Positions 19,364-31,623 of a DNA stretch of 64,000 bases are shown in pieces. This DNA is from Hyphomicrobiales bacterium (GTDB lineage: Bacteria > Pseudomonadota > Alphaproteobacteria > Rhizobiales > OSC116), in NCBI GenBank assembly GCA_013214705.1, contig JABSRZ010000006.1, positions 156,338 to 220,337 of the forward strand. Reading direction: 5' to 3'. The notes beneath the pieces were generated by a model. It ran no database searches, was not told the DNA's origin, and worked only from the letters and a program-made list of their open reading frames with translations. A program made the translations under genes and the position numbers. Numbering within the stretch: the first letter of the stretch is position 1; every line of letters begins with the position of its first letter.

Positions 19364-20013
19364 ATAATTTTTTGGCCGGTGGCTGCCCAATCGCGTTCAA
19401 AGCCAGCAAGGCCTTGGTCGGTCAGCACATGTTTAACCAAGCCTTTGGCTACGTTAGGCGGAATGGTCGAAACATCAGCGCCGGCCAATGCACATTGTTT
19501 CACATGGTTAGCCGAGCGGATAGACGCGGCCAGAATTTCAGTTTTAAACGCATAATTGTCAAATATGGTTCTAATGTCTTCAATCAATTCCATGCCATCA
19601 ATGTTTATGTCATCTAAACGGCCAATAAATGGCGATACAAATGTCGCGCCGGCTTTGGCAGCTAGCAGCGCTTGGTTGGCGCTAAAACACAAAGTTACAT
19701 TGGTTTGCGTGCCATCGTTAGTTAGCGCCCGGCAAGCCCGTAACCCATCAAATGTTAGTGGCAATTTAACACATACATTGTCAGCCAGTTTGCGCAAAAC
19801 TTCGGCTTCTTTCATCATTTGCTCATATTCCATAGATGCCACTTCGGCGCTCACGGGGCCATCTATAAAACCACAAATTTCTTTGACAACTTCTTTAAAG
19901 TCGCGGCCAGATTTAAAAATAAGCGATGGGTTGGTGGTCACACCGTCTACAAGGCCGGTTTCGTCCAGTTCTTTAATGGCGGCCACATCGGCTGTATCGA
20001 TAAAAAATTTCAT
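19360..20013 (-). CDS. fsa: Transaldolase / fructose-6-phosphate aldolase family (TalC/Fsa)
   Basis: [44 protein letters not shown]. Confidence 0.93.
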   Translation of the reverse strand: MKFFIDTADVAAIKELDETGLVDGVTTNPSLIFKSGRDFKEVVKEICGFIDGPVSAEVASMEYEQMMKEAEVLRKLADNVCVKLPLTFDGLRACRALTNDGTQTNVTLCFSANQALLAAKAGATFVSPFIGRLDDINIDGMELIEDIRTIFDNYAFKTEILAASIRSANHVKQCALAGADVSTIPPNVAKGLVKHVLTDQGLAGFERDWAATGQKII

Positions 20014-20144
20014 GGTTTTTTCCTTAAATTAGTTACGAGTGCTGTTTTATGCCAATTTTTAGTTTTTGCATAGATAAATATCGACTATAAACTATATATT
20101 CTATGTGAAACGGCCGATTCTAACCCAGCGAAAGGCGCAGATAA

Positions 20145-22322
20145 ATGACCATCGTAAAAGTATTGTTGCCGCTTGCGGTTGCCGACGCTTATTCTTATCT
20201 GTTGCCCGATGATGTCTATGCAGATGTCGGCGATTTTGTGCAAGTGCCGTTGGGTAGCCGTAAAATAACCGGTGTGGTGTGGATAAATGATGGTTCTGAT
20301 GATGGGTTTTTAAAAAACACCTCAAAATCTAAGCTAAAGTCGATAATCTCGCGCGTGGATATGAAACCCTTACCACTAGATTTAATGAAATTCATCAACT
20401 GGGTTTGCGATTATTACATAAGCCCTAAAGGCATGGGCTTGCGTTTGGTGATGAATGTACCAGAGGCCATCGGCCCCGTGCAACATATCGATGCGGTTAA
20501 ACTCGGCAGCGGCATAGTTGAACGCGCCACCAAAGCCCGCACAAAAGTGTTAGACATCGCGGAGGTCGGCGAGACAATGCGCAAAACCGAGCTGGCAAAA
20601 CTGGCCGATGTAAGTGTTGGTGTGGTCGATGGTCTGGTTAAAATGGGTGCGTTATCTACAGCCCAAATGCCAAAATTTGCCAAGTTTAAAACCCCTAAGA
20701 CCGATCATAACCTAGCTTCGTTGGCCGATGACCAAAATAGCGCCGCTAGCCAAATATGCGAGGCCATTGCGGCCAAAAAATTCGAATGTTTTTTGCTAGA
20801 TGGCGTAACCGGCAGTGGCAAAACCGAGGTATATTTTGCCGCCATTGCCAAAGTGATGGAGCAAGGCAAACAGGCCTTGGTATTGCTGCCCGAAATCGCG
20901 CTTACGGTGGATTTTTTACAAAGGTTCGAAAACCGCTTTGGGGTCGAACCAGCTCCGTGGCATAGCGGCCTGGCCAAAGGCGCGCGTGAGCGGGTGTGGC
21001 GGGCGGTGGCATCGGGGCAAGCCAAAATTGTTATCGGCGCGCGGTCGGCGTTGTTTTTGCCGTTCGATAATCTTGGTCTGGTGGTGGTCGATGAAGAGCA
21101 TGACGGCGCTTATAAGCAAGATAGCGGGGTGATGTATCACGCGCGCGATATGGCGGTGGTCAAGGCCAATATGTGCGGTTTTCCTTTGGTTTTGGCATCA
21201 GCCACACCGTCGTTAGAAAGTTTTTTAAACGCCAAAAATGGCCGTTATACCCATTTAACGCTGGATAAACGCCATGGCGGGGCAACCATGCCGCAGGTGC
21301 ATGCCGTGGATTTGCGCGACCACGCGCTAGAGAGCCAAAAATTCTTATCCGAGCCACTAATTAAAGCCATGCAAGCCAAGCTGGCGTTGGGTGAGCAAAG
21401 CTTGTTATTCTTAAATCGCCGTGGCTACGCGCCGCTAACATTATGCCGCGCTTGTGGCCACCGTTTCGCCTGCCCGCAATGCGATGCTTGGCTGGTCGAA
21501 CACCGTTATAATAACCGCCTTATGTGCCATCATTGCGGCATATCTGTTCAAAAACCGCACAATTGCCCACAATGCAAAGCCGAGGATAAATTGGTCGCTT
21601 GCGGCCCCGGTGTTGAGCGGATATTTGAGGAAGCCGAAGCGCAATTTCCCGAGGCAAAAATCGAATTACTATCATCCGACATTCAAATGAATGTAGCCGC
21701 ATTGCAAAAACGCCTCAACAGCATTGCCAATGGCGATTGCGACATCATCATCGGCACGCAGATGATTGCCAAGGGTCATCATTTTCCGCATTTAACTTTG
21801 GTCGGCGTGGTCGATGCCGATTTGGGCTTAGAGAATGGCGACCCACGCGCCGGCGAACGCACTTATCAGTTGCTTAATCAAGTGGCAGGCCGGGCAGGGC
21901 GAGAGCAAAAACAAGGCAGTGTATTGCTGCAAACTTATGCGCCGCAAAGCCCGGTTATGCGGGCGATGATCGCGCAAGATAGAGACGCGTTTTACAAAGC
22001 CGAAGCCCATGGCCGAGAGCTGGCTGGCCTGCCGCCATTTGGGCGTTTGGCGGCGCTTATAGTGTCATCCAAACAGCAAAAAAAGGCGTTCGATTTTGCC
22101 CGCGCGATGATAAGTGAAGCGCCAAAAATAACCGGTGTGGTGATTTTAGGCCCCGCCCCAGCGCCAATGGGTTTTATACGCGGCCGCCACAGAGTGCGCA
22201 TCCTAGCCCGCGCCCCCAAAGGCTTCAAAATGCAGGATTGGCTTAAAAGCGGCATGCTGACGTTGAAGCCAACGGGTGATTTAAAGGTTCAGGTCGATAC
22301 TGATCCGTATAGTTTCTTCTGA
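20145..22322 (+). CDS. priA: Primosomal protein N'
   Basis: GVTGSGKTEVY, DEEHD, Zn-binding CxxC pairs, GTQMIAKGH, QVAGRAGR. Confidence 0.97.
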   Translation: MTIVKVLLPLAVADAYSYLLPDDVYADVGDFVQVPLGSRKITGVVWINDGSDDGFLKNTSKSKLKSIISRVDMKPLPLDLMKFINWVCDYYISPKGMGLRLVMNVPEAIGPVQHIDAVKLGSGIVERATKARTKVLDIAEVGETMRKTELAKLADVSVGVVDGLVKMGALSTAQMPKFAKFKTPKTDHNLASLADDQNSAASQICEAIAAKKFECFLLDGVTGSGKTEVYFAAIAKVMEQGKQALVLLPEIALTVDFLQRFENRFGVEPAPWHSGLAKGARERVWRAVASGQAKIVIGARSALFLPFDNLGLVVVDEEHDGAYKQDSGVMYHARDMAVVKANMCGFPLVLASATPSLESFLNAKNGRYTHLTLDKRHGGATMPQVHAVDLRDHALESQKFLSEPLIKAMQAKLALGEQSLLFLNRRGYAPLTLCRACGHRFACPQCDAWLVEHRYNNRLMCHHCGISVQKPHNCPQCKAEDKLVACGPGVERIFEEAEAQFPEAKIELLSSDIQMNVAALQKRLNSIANGDCDIIIGTQMIAKGHHFPHLTLVGVVDADLGLENGDPRAGERTYQLLNQVAGRAGREQKQGSVLLQTYAPQSPVMRAMIAQDRDAFYKAEAHGRELAGLPPFGRLAALIVSSKQQKKAFDFARAMISEAPKITGVVILGPAPAPMGFIRGRHRVRILARAPKGFKMQDWLKSGMLTLKPTGDLKVQVDTDPYSFF

Positions 22323-22377
22323 GCAAAAATAAAAACTCAAAATTTCCGGCTACCTCTACAGTATCCTCAGCATATCT

Positions 22378-22560
22378 ATCTGCCCGCAAGAATCCCTGCG
22401 ATTCGGCGAGTGCGCCCAGAAGCATCAAGGCAAACTCTGTGGCCAACGCGCGGAGGCTAGCTGACACTTGCGGAGCAAGGGGCTGCGCACGCAAGTGCTA
22501 ACAGAGAGGCTAAAGCCGAACGTATAAATGCAAACTTCCAGTGTGTTGGCAGGAGCGCTG
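22378..22560. repeat. Family A copy in the same orientation as 7043-7299, termini missing
   Basis: CCCTGCGATTCG.CGAGTGCGCC, GGCCAACGCGCGGAGGCTAG, GAACGTATAAATGCAAACTTCCAG and GCAGGAGCGCT shared with the 7-kb copy. Confidence 0.9.
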
Positions 22561-22591
22561 CCCGGTGGTGGCTGAAAGATTGTGCTGTTGA

Positions 22592-22830
22592 AATTTTGCG
22601 CAAGAGTTTCAGAGGCTGAGCTAGCGGTTGAGGCTGTAAAGACAAAAGACAGTTAGCGCTCCTGCATATACAGGGGTGCTTGCATTTATACGTTCGGCTT
22701 TAGCCTCTCTGTTAGCACTTGCGTGCGCTCGGCTTTGCCTCTCTAGCCTCCGCGCGTTAGTTGGCAGCGGCTTCGAACGGCTGCTGTCGCGCTCACTGGA
22801 TGGCACGTTGTGTGGATGCGGGAGCTGGAT
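22592..22830. repeat. Family A copy, inverted relative to the preceding copy
   Basis: 22680-22728 is the exact reverse complement of 22485-22533; 3' part resembles 47335-47395. Confidence 0.9.
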
Positions 22831-22863
22831 GCAAATTCTGAGCCTGTTTCTTGGGATAACTCA

Positions 22864-22890
22864 GCATACTGACAAATAGTGTCAGCATGC
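22864..22890. promoter_or_regulatory. CTGACA-N5-TGTCAG palindromic operator upstream of the GFA gene
   Basis: GCATACTGACA-AATAG-TGTCAGCATGC, arms matching at 10 of 11 positions. Confidence 0.55.
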
Positions 22891-22935
22891 TTCTGCTATT
22901 CATATGTCATCATACTTAATTAGAGGGTTATATAT

Positions 22936-23346
22936 ATGTCAAAAATTCATAAGGCCAGTTGCGATTGTGGGGCGGTTAGTTTTGAGGTTGAGCTTAAAGA
23001 TACGGCGGTGACAGCATGCCATTGTGCGTCTTGTCAAAAAATATCGTCATCGTTTTTCACCTGCGTGCATTATAATGGTGAGATAGATTTCAAAGGTGCG
23101 GATAATATAAAAATTTACGATAGTTCTGCTTGGGCGCAACGTGGTTTTTGCAACCAATGTGGCAGCAATATTTATTATAAAACAAAATCAGCGCCGCAAT
23201 ATTCATTGGCGGCAGGCCTGTTTGATGACAAAGCCAGTTTTGACCTCAAAACTCAATATTTTATTGACATTAAACCCAACTATATTGAACTCACTGCCAA
23301 AACCGATAACATGACCCGCAAAGAATGTTTTGATAAATGGGGGTAA
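22936..23346 (+). CDS. GFA (glutathione-dependent formaldehyde-activating) family Zn protein
   Basis: CDCGAV, CHCASCQK, RGFCNQCGS. Confidence 0.9.
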   Translation: MSKIHKASCDCGAVSFEVELKDTAVTACHCASCQKISSSFFTCVHYNGEIDFKGADNIKIYDSSAWAQRGFCNQCGSNIYYKTKSAPQYSLAAGLFDDKASFDLKTQYFIDIKPNYIELTAKTDNMTRKECFDKWG

Positions 23347-23381
23347 TAAAGCTATATCTCAGCTAATTTACTGAGGTATAT

Positions 23382-24155
23382 ATGTTATCAGAACTTATCG
23401 GCATGGGCTTTTGGCCCGAAATTCTTTCTAGCACTGCCGCCATCACGCTCATCATTTCATCTATGTTCACATCTGCCATCACGGCGGCATTTGGTTTGGG
23501 TGGCGGGGTTATCATGCTGGCGCTTTTGGTCAATTTTTTGCCAGTTGCGGTGGTCATTCCGGTGCATGCGGTCGTTCAATTGGGCAGCAATACTGGCCGT
23601 ACGCTGTTAATGCGCCAGCATATTATTTGGCATATATGCGGTTATTTTTGCATCGGCGCGGTTATCGGCGCGGTTATCGGTGGGCAATTTGTGGTGGCGT
23701 TGCCAGAAGGGGTGTTGTTGGGCATTTTAGGCCTGTTTATTTTATACATCACTTGGGGGCCTAAACCCAAAAACCTAAAACTCGGCAAGTTTGGCTATGT
23801 GTTGGGCGGGGTTATCACAACTTTTGCCACCATGTTTATTGGCGCCACTGGGCCGTTGGCAATGGCGTTATTGCCGCGCAAAACCATGGAAAAACAACAA
23901 ATATCTGGCACTCATGGTTCGCTATTAGTGGTGCAGCATGGGCTGAAAATTGTTATTTTTGGGTTTTTGGGGTTTCAGTTTGGCGCGTGGGTGGTTTTTT
24001 TGGCGCTCATGGTGGGCGCGGGGTTTGTCGGCACTATGTTTGGCCGCAGAATTTTACAAAGCTTACCGCAAAAATATTTCCAAACTGGCATCACGCTGAT
24101 TCTCAGCCTGATGGCGCTGCGAATGCTCTATAGCGCGGTCATTTCATTTATATAG
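23382..24155 (+). CDS. TauE/SafE family sulfite exporter-like membrane protein
   Basis: FGLGGG, IPVHAVVQLGSN..R, GATGP; multi-TM. Confidence 0.85.
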   Translation: MLSELIGMGFWPEILSSTAAITLIISSMFTSAITAAFGLGGGVIMLALLVNFLPVAVVIPVHAVVQLGSNTGRTLLMRQHIIWHICGYFCIGAVIGAVIGGQFVVALPEGVLLGILGLFILYITWGPKPKNLKLGKFGYVLGGVITTFATMFIGATGPLAMALLPRKTMEKQQISGTHGSLLVVQHGLKIVIFGFLGFQFGAWVVFLALMVGAGFVGTMFGRRILQSLPQKYFQTGITLILSLMALRMLYSAVISFI

Positions 24156-24347
24156 TGTAAAACCCTAAAAATTGTTGATTTTTTGTCAAATCTTGGCTTC
24201 ACTATATTGCGCCGCGCATCTATGTATGTTAGATGAAGCCCAACTTAAGCGGATTAATTATAATGTCATACCAATGGCTGACTTTAATTTAACTGCAATA
24301 AATAATAAAACATGTGGTAAACCACTAACACAATAAAAGGCTGGTAC

Positions 24348-24908
24348 GTGTCAAATACTCAATCGATTATTTCTGGTATGCCAGGTCGCTATGCGACCGC
24401 CCTTTTTGATTTGGCAAAACAAGCTAAACAATTGGATAAAATTGGCGATGAGCTCTATAGCTTTGGTCAATTAATTGTCGAAAATGCAGAGCTTACACGT
24501 TTGGTAAAGTCGCCTGTGTTCACGGCAGAACAACAAAGCGCAGCCATTGCTGCCATTGTTGCAAAAGTAGGCCTTAAGGGTTTAACTGCAAATTTCATTA
24601 ATTTAATTGCTCAAAATCGTCGTCTATTTGCGATAGATGCAATTATCAAAGCATATCGCGGCTTAGTTTCCCTTGAAAAAGGCGAAGTGACGGCCGAGGT
24701 TTTAAGTGCGGTAAAGCTTACTAAAGGCCAAACCGATGCACTCAAGATAGCGTTGAAAGACGCTGTAGGAAAAGAAGTTCAATTAGAATTGTCGGTTGAT
24801 CCGGCAATTTTGGGCGGGCTTCGCGTAAAGGTGGGTAGTAAATTGGTCGACAATTCATTACGCACTAAACTCAATAATCTTAAACTTGCGATGAAAGAGG
24901 TTGGCTAA
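24348..24908 (+). CDS. atpH: ATP synthase F1 delta subunit
   Basis: [21 protein letters not shown]; first gene of the F1 operon. Confidence 0.96.
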   Translation: MSNTQSIISGMPGRYATALFDLAKQAKQLDKIGDELYSFGQLIVENAELTRLVKSPVFTAEQQSAAIAAIVAKVGLKGLTANFINLIAQNRRLFAIDAIIKAYRGLVSLEKGEVTAEVLSAVKLTKGQTDALKIALKDAVGKEVQLELSVDPAILGGLRVKVGSKLVDNSLRTKLNNLKLAMKEVG

Positions 24909-26437
24909 TGGAAATCAAAGCCGCGGAAATCTCCGCAATCCTCAAAGAACAGATTCAAAATTTTGGCGCAGAAGCCGAAGTTTCTGAGGTTGGACAAGTC
25001 TTAAGCGTTGGTGATGGTATCGCCCGTGTTTATGGCCTAGATAACGTTCAGGCTGGCGAAATGGTCGAATTCCCTGGTGGTGTTCGCGGCATGGCGCTTA
25101 ACCTAGAATCTGATAATGTTGGTGTTGTTATCTTTGGTAGTGACCGTGACATTAAAGAGGGTGACACAGTAAAACGTACTGGTGCGATTGTGGAAGTACC
25201 AACAGGCAAAGGTCTTCTTGGCCGTGTTGTTGATGCTCTAGGTAACCCAATTGATGGCAAAGGCCCAATTGAAAACGTAACAATGAGCCGTGTGGATGTT
25301 AAAGCCCCGGGCATTTTGCCACGTAAATCAGTGCATGAACCAATGCAAACTGGCCTTAAAGCCATTGATGCACTTATCCCGATTGGCCGTGGCCAACGTG
25401 AGCTTATCATTGGTGACCGTCAAACCGGTAAAACAGCCATTGCGCTGGATGCCATTTTGAACCAAAAAGCTGATCACGAAGGTGATGATGAATATAAGAA
25501 ATTATATTGCATCTATGTGGTTATTGGTCAAAAACGCTCAACCGTAGCACAATTCGTTAAAGTTCTTGAAGAACATGGCGCGATGGAATATTCAATCGTT
25601 GTTGCTGCAACCGCGTCTGACTCTGCACCATTGCAATATCTAGCGCCATATACCGGCTCTACAATGGGCGAATATTTCCGCGATAATGGCATGCATGCTT
25701 TGATCACATTTGATGATCTGTCTAAACATGCTGTGGCTTATCGCCAAATGTCATTATTGCTACGCCGTCCACCTGGACGTGAAGCTTATCCTGGTGACGT
25801 GTTCTACCTTCATTCCCGTTTGCTCGAACGTTCAGCTAAGTTGAACGAAGATCACGGCCTAGGCTCAATGACGGCGTTGCCGATCATTGAAACCCAAGCC
25901 AATGACGTGGCGGCTTATATTCCGACTAACGTGATTTCAATTACCGATGGTCAGATTTTCTTGGAAACAGATTTATTCTTCCAAGGCATTCGCCCGGCGC
26001 TAAACGTTGGTTTGTCAGTGTCTCGTGTGGGTAGTGCCGCACAAGTTAAAGCTATGAAGCAAGTGGCTGGCCCTATTAAGGGTGAGTTGGCTCAATATCG
26101 TGACATGGCTGCGTTTGCGCAGTTTGGATCAGATCTTGATGCCTCTACACAACAACTACTTCGCCGTGGTGAACGCTTAACTGAATTGTTGAAACAACCT
26201 CAATTCTCGCCTTTGTCGGTGCCAGAACAAGTTGTGTCTATCTTTTCGGGCGTGAACGGTTATTTAGATAAAATAAACACCAAAGATGTTGGACGTTTTG
26301 AAGAAGGCCTATTGCGTTTCTTCCACGACAAACATCAAGGTATTTTAGATGCGATTGCCAAAGAGCAAGCACTGTCTAAAGAGCTAACTGCTGACATTAA
26401 ATCTGCTGTTGAGGCCTTTTCGGCTTCATTCGCGTAA
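24908..26437 (+). CDS. atpA: ATP synthase F1 alpha subunit
   Basis: [18 protein letters not shown]. Confidence 0.99.
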   Translation: MEIKAAEISAILKEQIQNFGAEAEVSEVGQVLSVGDGIARVYGLDNVQAGEMVEFPGGVRGMALNLESDNVGVVIFGSDRDIKEGDTVKRTGAIVEVPTGKGLLGRVVDALGNPIDGKGPIENVTMSRVDVKAPGILPRKSVHEPMQTGLKAIDALIPIGRGQRELIIGDRQTGKTAIALDAILNQKADHEGDDEYKKLYCIYVVIGQKRSTVAQFVKVLEEHGAMEYSIVVAATASDSAPLQYLAPYTGSTMGEYFRDNGMHALITFDDLSKHAVAYRQMSLLLRRPPGREAYPGDVFYLHSRLLERSAKLNEDHGLGSMTALPIIETQANDVAAYIPTNVISITDGQIFLETDLFFQGIRPALNVGLSVSRVGSAAQVKAMKQVAGPIKGELAQYRDMAAFAQFGSDLDASTQQLLRRGERLTELLKQPQFSPLSVPEQVVSIFSGVNGYLDKINTKDVGRFEEGLLRFFHDKHQGILDAIAKEQALSKELTADIKSAVEAFSASFA

Positions 26438-26457
26438 CTTAAATTGAAAGGGCGGGC

Positions 26458-28781
<2,324 letters not shown>

Positions 28782-28834
28782 TTTGATATTTAGCGGGGGT
28801 AAATGCCCGCTATATAATCTTTAAGGAGGCCAAT

Positions 28835-29230
28835 ATGGCTGAAAAACTAAATTTTGAACTTGTTTCACCTGCTAAATTGCTAATCTCCGAGTCTGTTGAC
28901 TCGGTGGTTGTGCCCGGCACAGAAGGCGATTTTGGTGTGTTCATTAATCACGCACCAATGATGTCCACTTTGCGGGTTGGCTTTTTAGAAGTGGTAAATG
29001 GCTCAAACACCGAGCGCTTTTTTGTCAAAGGCGGCTTTGCCGAAGTTGGCGATAAAGGCCTGTCAGTGCTTGCCGAACAATCGGTTAAAGTGGAAGATTT
29101 GACCAAAGACCTGCTCGATGCCGAGATTAAAAATGTCGAAGCTGCGCTTGAAAATGCGGCCGAAGATACGGCGAAAGCCGCGTTGGCTTATTCGCTCAAT
29201 CAGTTGAATGAAATATTAGAAACACTCTAA
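28835..29230 (+). CDS. atpC: ATP synthase F1 epsilon subunit
   Basis: FELVSP, PGTEGDFGV..HAP, GGFAEV. Confidence 0.96.
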   Translation: MAEKLNFELVSPAKLLISESVDSVVVPGTEGDFGVFINHAPMMSTLRVGFLEVVNGSNTERFFVKGGFAEVGDKGLSVLAEQSVKVEDLTKDLLDAEIKNVEAALENAAEDTAKAALAYSLNQLNEILETL

Positions 29231-29251
29231 AAATTTGTTACACAAATTTAC

Positions 29252-29280
29252 AAGCCCACATAATTTATGTGGGCTTTTTT
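29252..29280 (+). terminator. Intrinsic terminator of the atp operon
   Basis: AAGCCCACAT-AATTT-ATGTGGGCTT followed by a T run. Confidence 0.85.
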
Positions 29281-29286
29281 CGCTGT

Positions 29287-29410
29287 TTGCTTAGCACTGC
29301 GTGCAATTTTTTGCCTAACACTGCGTGCATTCGCTCCGCTCTCTTGCTACGCCCTAACGGGCGGGCCTCAGTGGCCAAGTTCGCCAATAAATTGGCTCGC
29401 CCTTTTTACC
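29287..29410. repeat. Family A module X with a duplicated 5' end
   Basis: 29311-29410 matches 6936-7030; TTGCTTAGCACTGCGTGCA at 29287 repeats its start. Confidence 0.9.
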
Positions 29411-29426
29411 ATGAGGAAGGTGCTGG

Positions 29427-30089
29427 TTAGAGATTGTTTATAATTTTGGGCAATTCACGCATATCGCTGAATACTTGTAGCGCGCCTGCATCCAATAATC
29501 GCTGTGCGTGGCCATCATTGCAGTGGGAGCCGCCTACAAAGCCGATAGACTTCATCCCCGCGGTGCTGGCAGCCTTTATGCCGTGGGCGCCATCTTCTAT
29601 TACCACACAGTTTTTGGCACTTACGGCCATTTTTTCGGCGGCGTATAGAAACAAGTCTGGGGCTGGTTTTGGGTTTGCCACCATGTCGGCGCTGAAGGTT
29701 TTGTTGGCAAAAATAGCGTCGATATTGGTGGCTTGTTGGTTGGTCTTTAAGCGCTGCATTTTGCTGTTGGAGCCAATGCAAAATTTCAGCTTGGTGGTCT
29801 GCAGAAAGCTGAATATATGCGGCATTAATTGCAATTCATTGCGCATTATTTGGGCGTAATTGGCTTCGATGGTGGCGGCGAAGGCGGCGGCTTTGACATC
29901 GCCATGTTCAGCCGATATTTTCTGCATCATGCTGGCAAAGTCCAAGCCGGTATAATGTTTGTCGATATCCGCATGGGTTAGCGGCACGCCAATTTGCTGT
30001 AATGTTTGGGCATGCACGGCAGATGATAAAGCCTCGCTATCGACAATAACCCCATCAAAATCGAATATTATCAGTTCTATTTTGGGCAT
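29427..30089 (-). CDS. HAD-IA family hydrolase/phosphatase
   Basis: FDFDGVIVDSE, KPAPDLF, VIEDG..GI.AA. Confidence 0.92.
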   Translation of the reverse strand: MPKIELIIFDFDGVIVDSEALSSAVHAQTLQQIGVPLTHADIDKHYTGLDFASMMQKISAEHGDVKAAAFAATIEANYAQIMRNELQLMPHIFSFLQTTKLKFCIGSNSKMQRLKTNQQATNIDAIFANKTFSADMVANPKPAPDLFLYAAEKMAVSAKNCVVIEDGAHGIKAASTAGMKSIGFVGGSHCNDGHAQRLLDAGALQVFSDMRELPKIINNL

Positions 30090-30752
30090 TTATAGCCCGG
30101 CAATGATGTTGGGCAATTTGCGCATGTCGTCAAAGGTCAAAATAGCCCCGGCTTGGGTCAGGGTTTCGTGGTGGTTTGGCAATTTAAATATTTGGCCGGT
30201 AAAGCCAAGTGGTGCCATGCCCAAATGTTTGGCGGCTTGGATGCCATATATGCCGTCTTCAATCACCACGCATTTGTCATAGGCAATTCCGGCTTTGTCG
30301 GCGGCCAATTTGAACATATCGGGCGCGGGTTTTGGCTTGGGTACACTGTTGGTGCCAACCAATATATCGCCAAATAAATGCCCAATGTCCAAGAGTTGTA
30401 TTTTATGCTCGGTCCATTCTGTATGGGCGTTAGAGGCAATATAATATGGCAAATGGGTGGTTTCTAAAAATTCGATGATGTGCGGTATCGCTGCCAATTC
30501 TTGGTCTATTAATCGTCTGGATTCCACATCTACATGGTTTTTGTAAAGTAGAGTACGTTCAGCGCCATAATCATTGGTGAACATGTCTAACATACTGCCA
30601 AAGTCCATGCCGATAAACCGGGTGTTCACCTCATGGTCTGACATGACTATGCCCGCATGGATGAAGGCGGCTTTGTTGGCTTTATTGTAGATATGTTCGC
30701 TATCGACAATAACCCCATCAAAATCAAAAATAATCAGTTCGATATTAGACAT
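30090..30752 (-). CDS. HAD-IA family hydrolase/phosphatase (tandem paralog)
   Basis: FDFDGVIVDSE, KPAPDMF, VIEDG; likely ATG at 30752. Confidence 0.92.
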   Translation of the reverse strand: MSNIELIIFDFDGVIVDSEHIYNKANKAAFIHAGIVMSDHEVNTRFIGMDFGSMLDMFTNDYGAERTLLYKNHVDVESRRLIDQELAAIPHIIEFLETTHLPYYIASNAHTEWTEHKIQLLDIGHLFGDILVGTNSVPKPKPAPDMFKLAADKAGIAYDKCVVIEDGIYGIQAAKHLGMAPLGFTGQIFKLPNHHETLTQAGAILTFDDMRKLPNIIAGL

Positions 30753-30780
30753 GGATGACGACCTAACTGCTGTCAAAAGC

Positions 30781-31269
30781 TCAAAGAGTGTATTGTTTAA
30801 ATTGCTTGGTCACATTTATATAAACCTCGCGTTTAAATTCGACAATCAAATCGACCAGTTTATCAACATCTTCCCATCTCCAGGCTTCAAATTCCGCAGG
30901 CTCTTCGGTTGGTTGTAAGTTAATTTCACTGTCATCGCCATCAAACCGGTAGCAATACCACATTTGTTTTTGGCCTTTAAACTTGCCACTTAACACTTGG
31001 CCAACCAATTCCTTGGGGATGTCATATTTAATCCAACCATCACTTTGGCCGAGTAATGTGACCGATTTTATGCCGGTTTCTTCATATAGCTCACGCAATG
31101 CCGCCGCCTGCAAATTTTCGCCCTCATCCACACCGCCCTGCGGCATTTGCCACGCCCGCTTTATCAAATCATGATGTTTAGCCTTAGGTATGCGCTTGCC
31201 GAGCCATACCTTGCCGTGTTTGTTAACCACCATCACACCAACATTAGGCCTATATTCCAAATTATCCAT
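30781..31269 (-). CDS. rppH: RNA pyrophosphohydrolase
   Basis: YRPNVG, WQMPQGGVDEGE..AALRELYEETG, GQKQMW, FKREVY; ATG 31269 has GGAG upstream. Confidence 0.95.
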   Translation of the reverse strand: MDNLEYRPNVGVMVVNKHGKVWLGKRIPKAKHHDLIKRAWQMPQGGVDEGENLQAAALRELYEETGIKSVTLLGQSDGWIKYDIPKELVGQVLSGKFKGQKQMWYCYRFDGDDSEINLQPTEEPAEFEAWRWEDVDKLVDLIVEFKREVYINVTKQFKQYTL

Positions 31270-31275
31270 GTGGGG

Positions 31276-31584
31276 CTGCTCCATTTGCTTCAATCTTGGG
31301 CGTCATATGCGCGCTCACGAACTTTTTGTTCGCTTCACGCGCCTATTTCTACAATATTTTCGCAACTGAAGCACCGTTCTGCTCCATTTGCTTCAATCTT
31401 GGGCGTCATATGCGCGCTCACGAACTTTTTGTTCGCTTCACGCGCCTATTTCTACAATATTTTCGCAGCTGAAGCACCGTTCTGCTCCATTTGCTTCAAT
31501 CTTGGGCGTCATAAGCGTGTTCACGAACATTCCGTTCGCTTCACCCACTTCTTCCTACAATATTTTTGCAACTGAAGCAGCGTT
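31276..31584. repeat. Repeat family C: three tandem 103-bp units
   Basis: Units start at 31276, 31379 and 31482; each has TGCTTCA...TGAAGCA inverted ends and an inner CGAAC-N5-GTTCG hairpin. Confidence 0.95.
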
Positions 31585-31623
31585 ATGCTTCTTATGCTTT
31601 ATTCGGTAACCCGGCCTGATTGC

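Noticed and set aside
23652-23680. 12-bp duplication in the TauE gene (IGAVIGAVIG)
   Set aside because: Ordinary GxxxG transmembrane periodicity for this family.
31276-31584. Possible CRISPR array or coding repeat (ORFs 31147-31575 and 31388-31609)
   Set aside because: Units are contiguous 103-bp copies with no unique spacers; the period is not a multiple of 3, so the ORFs are by-products.
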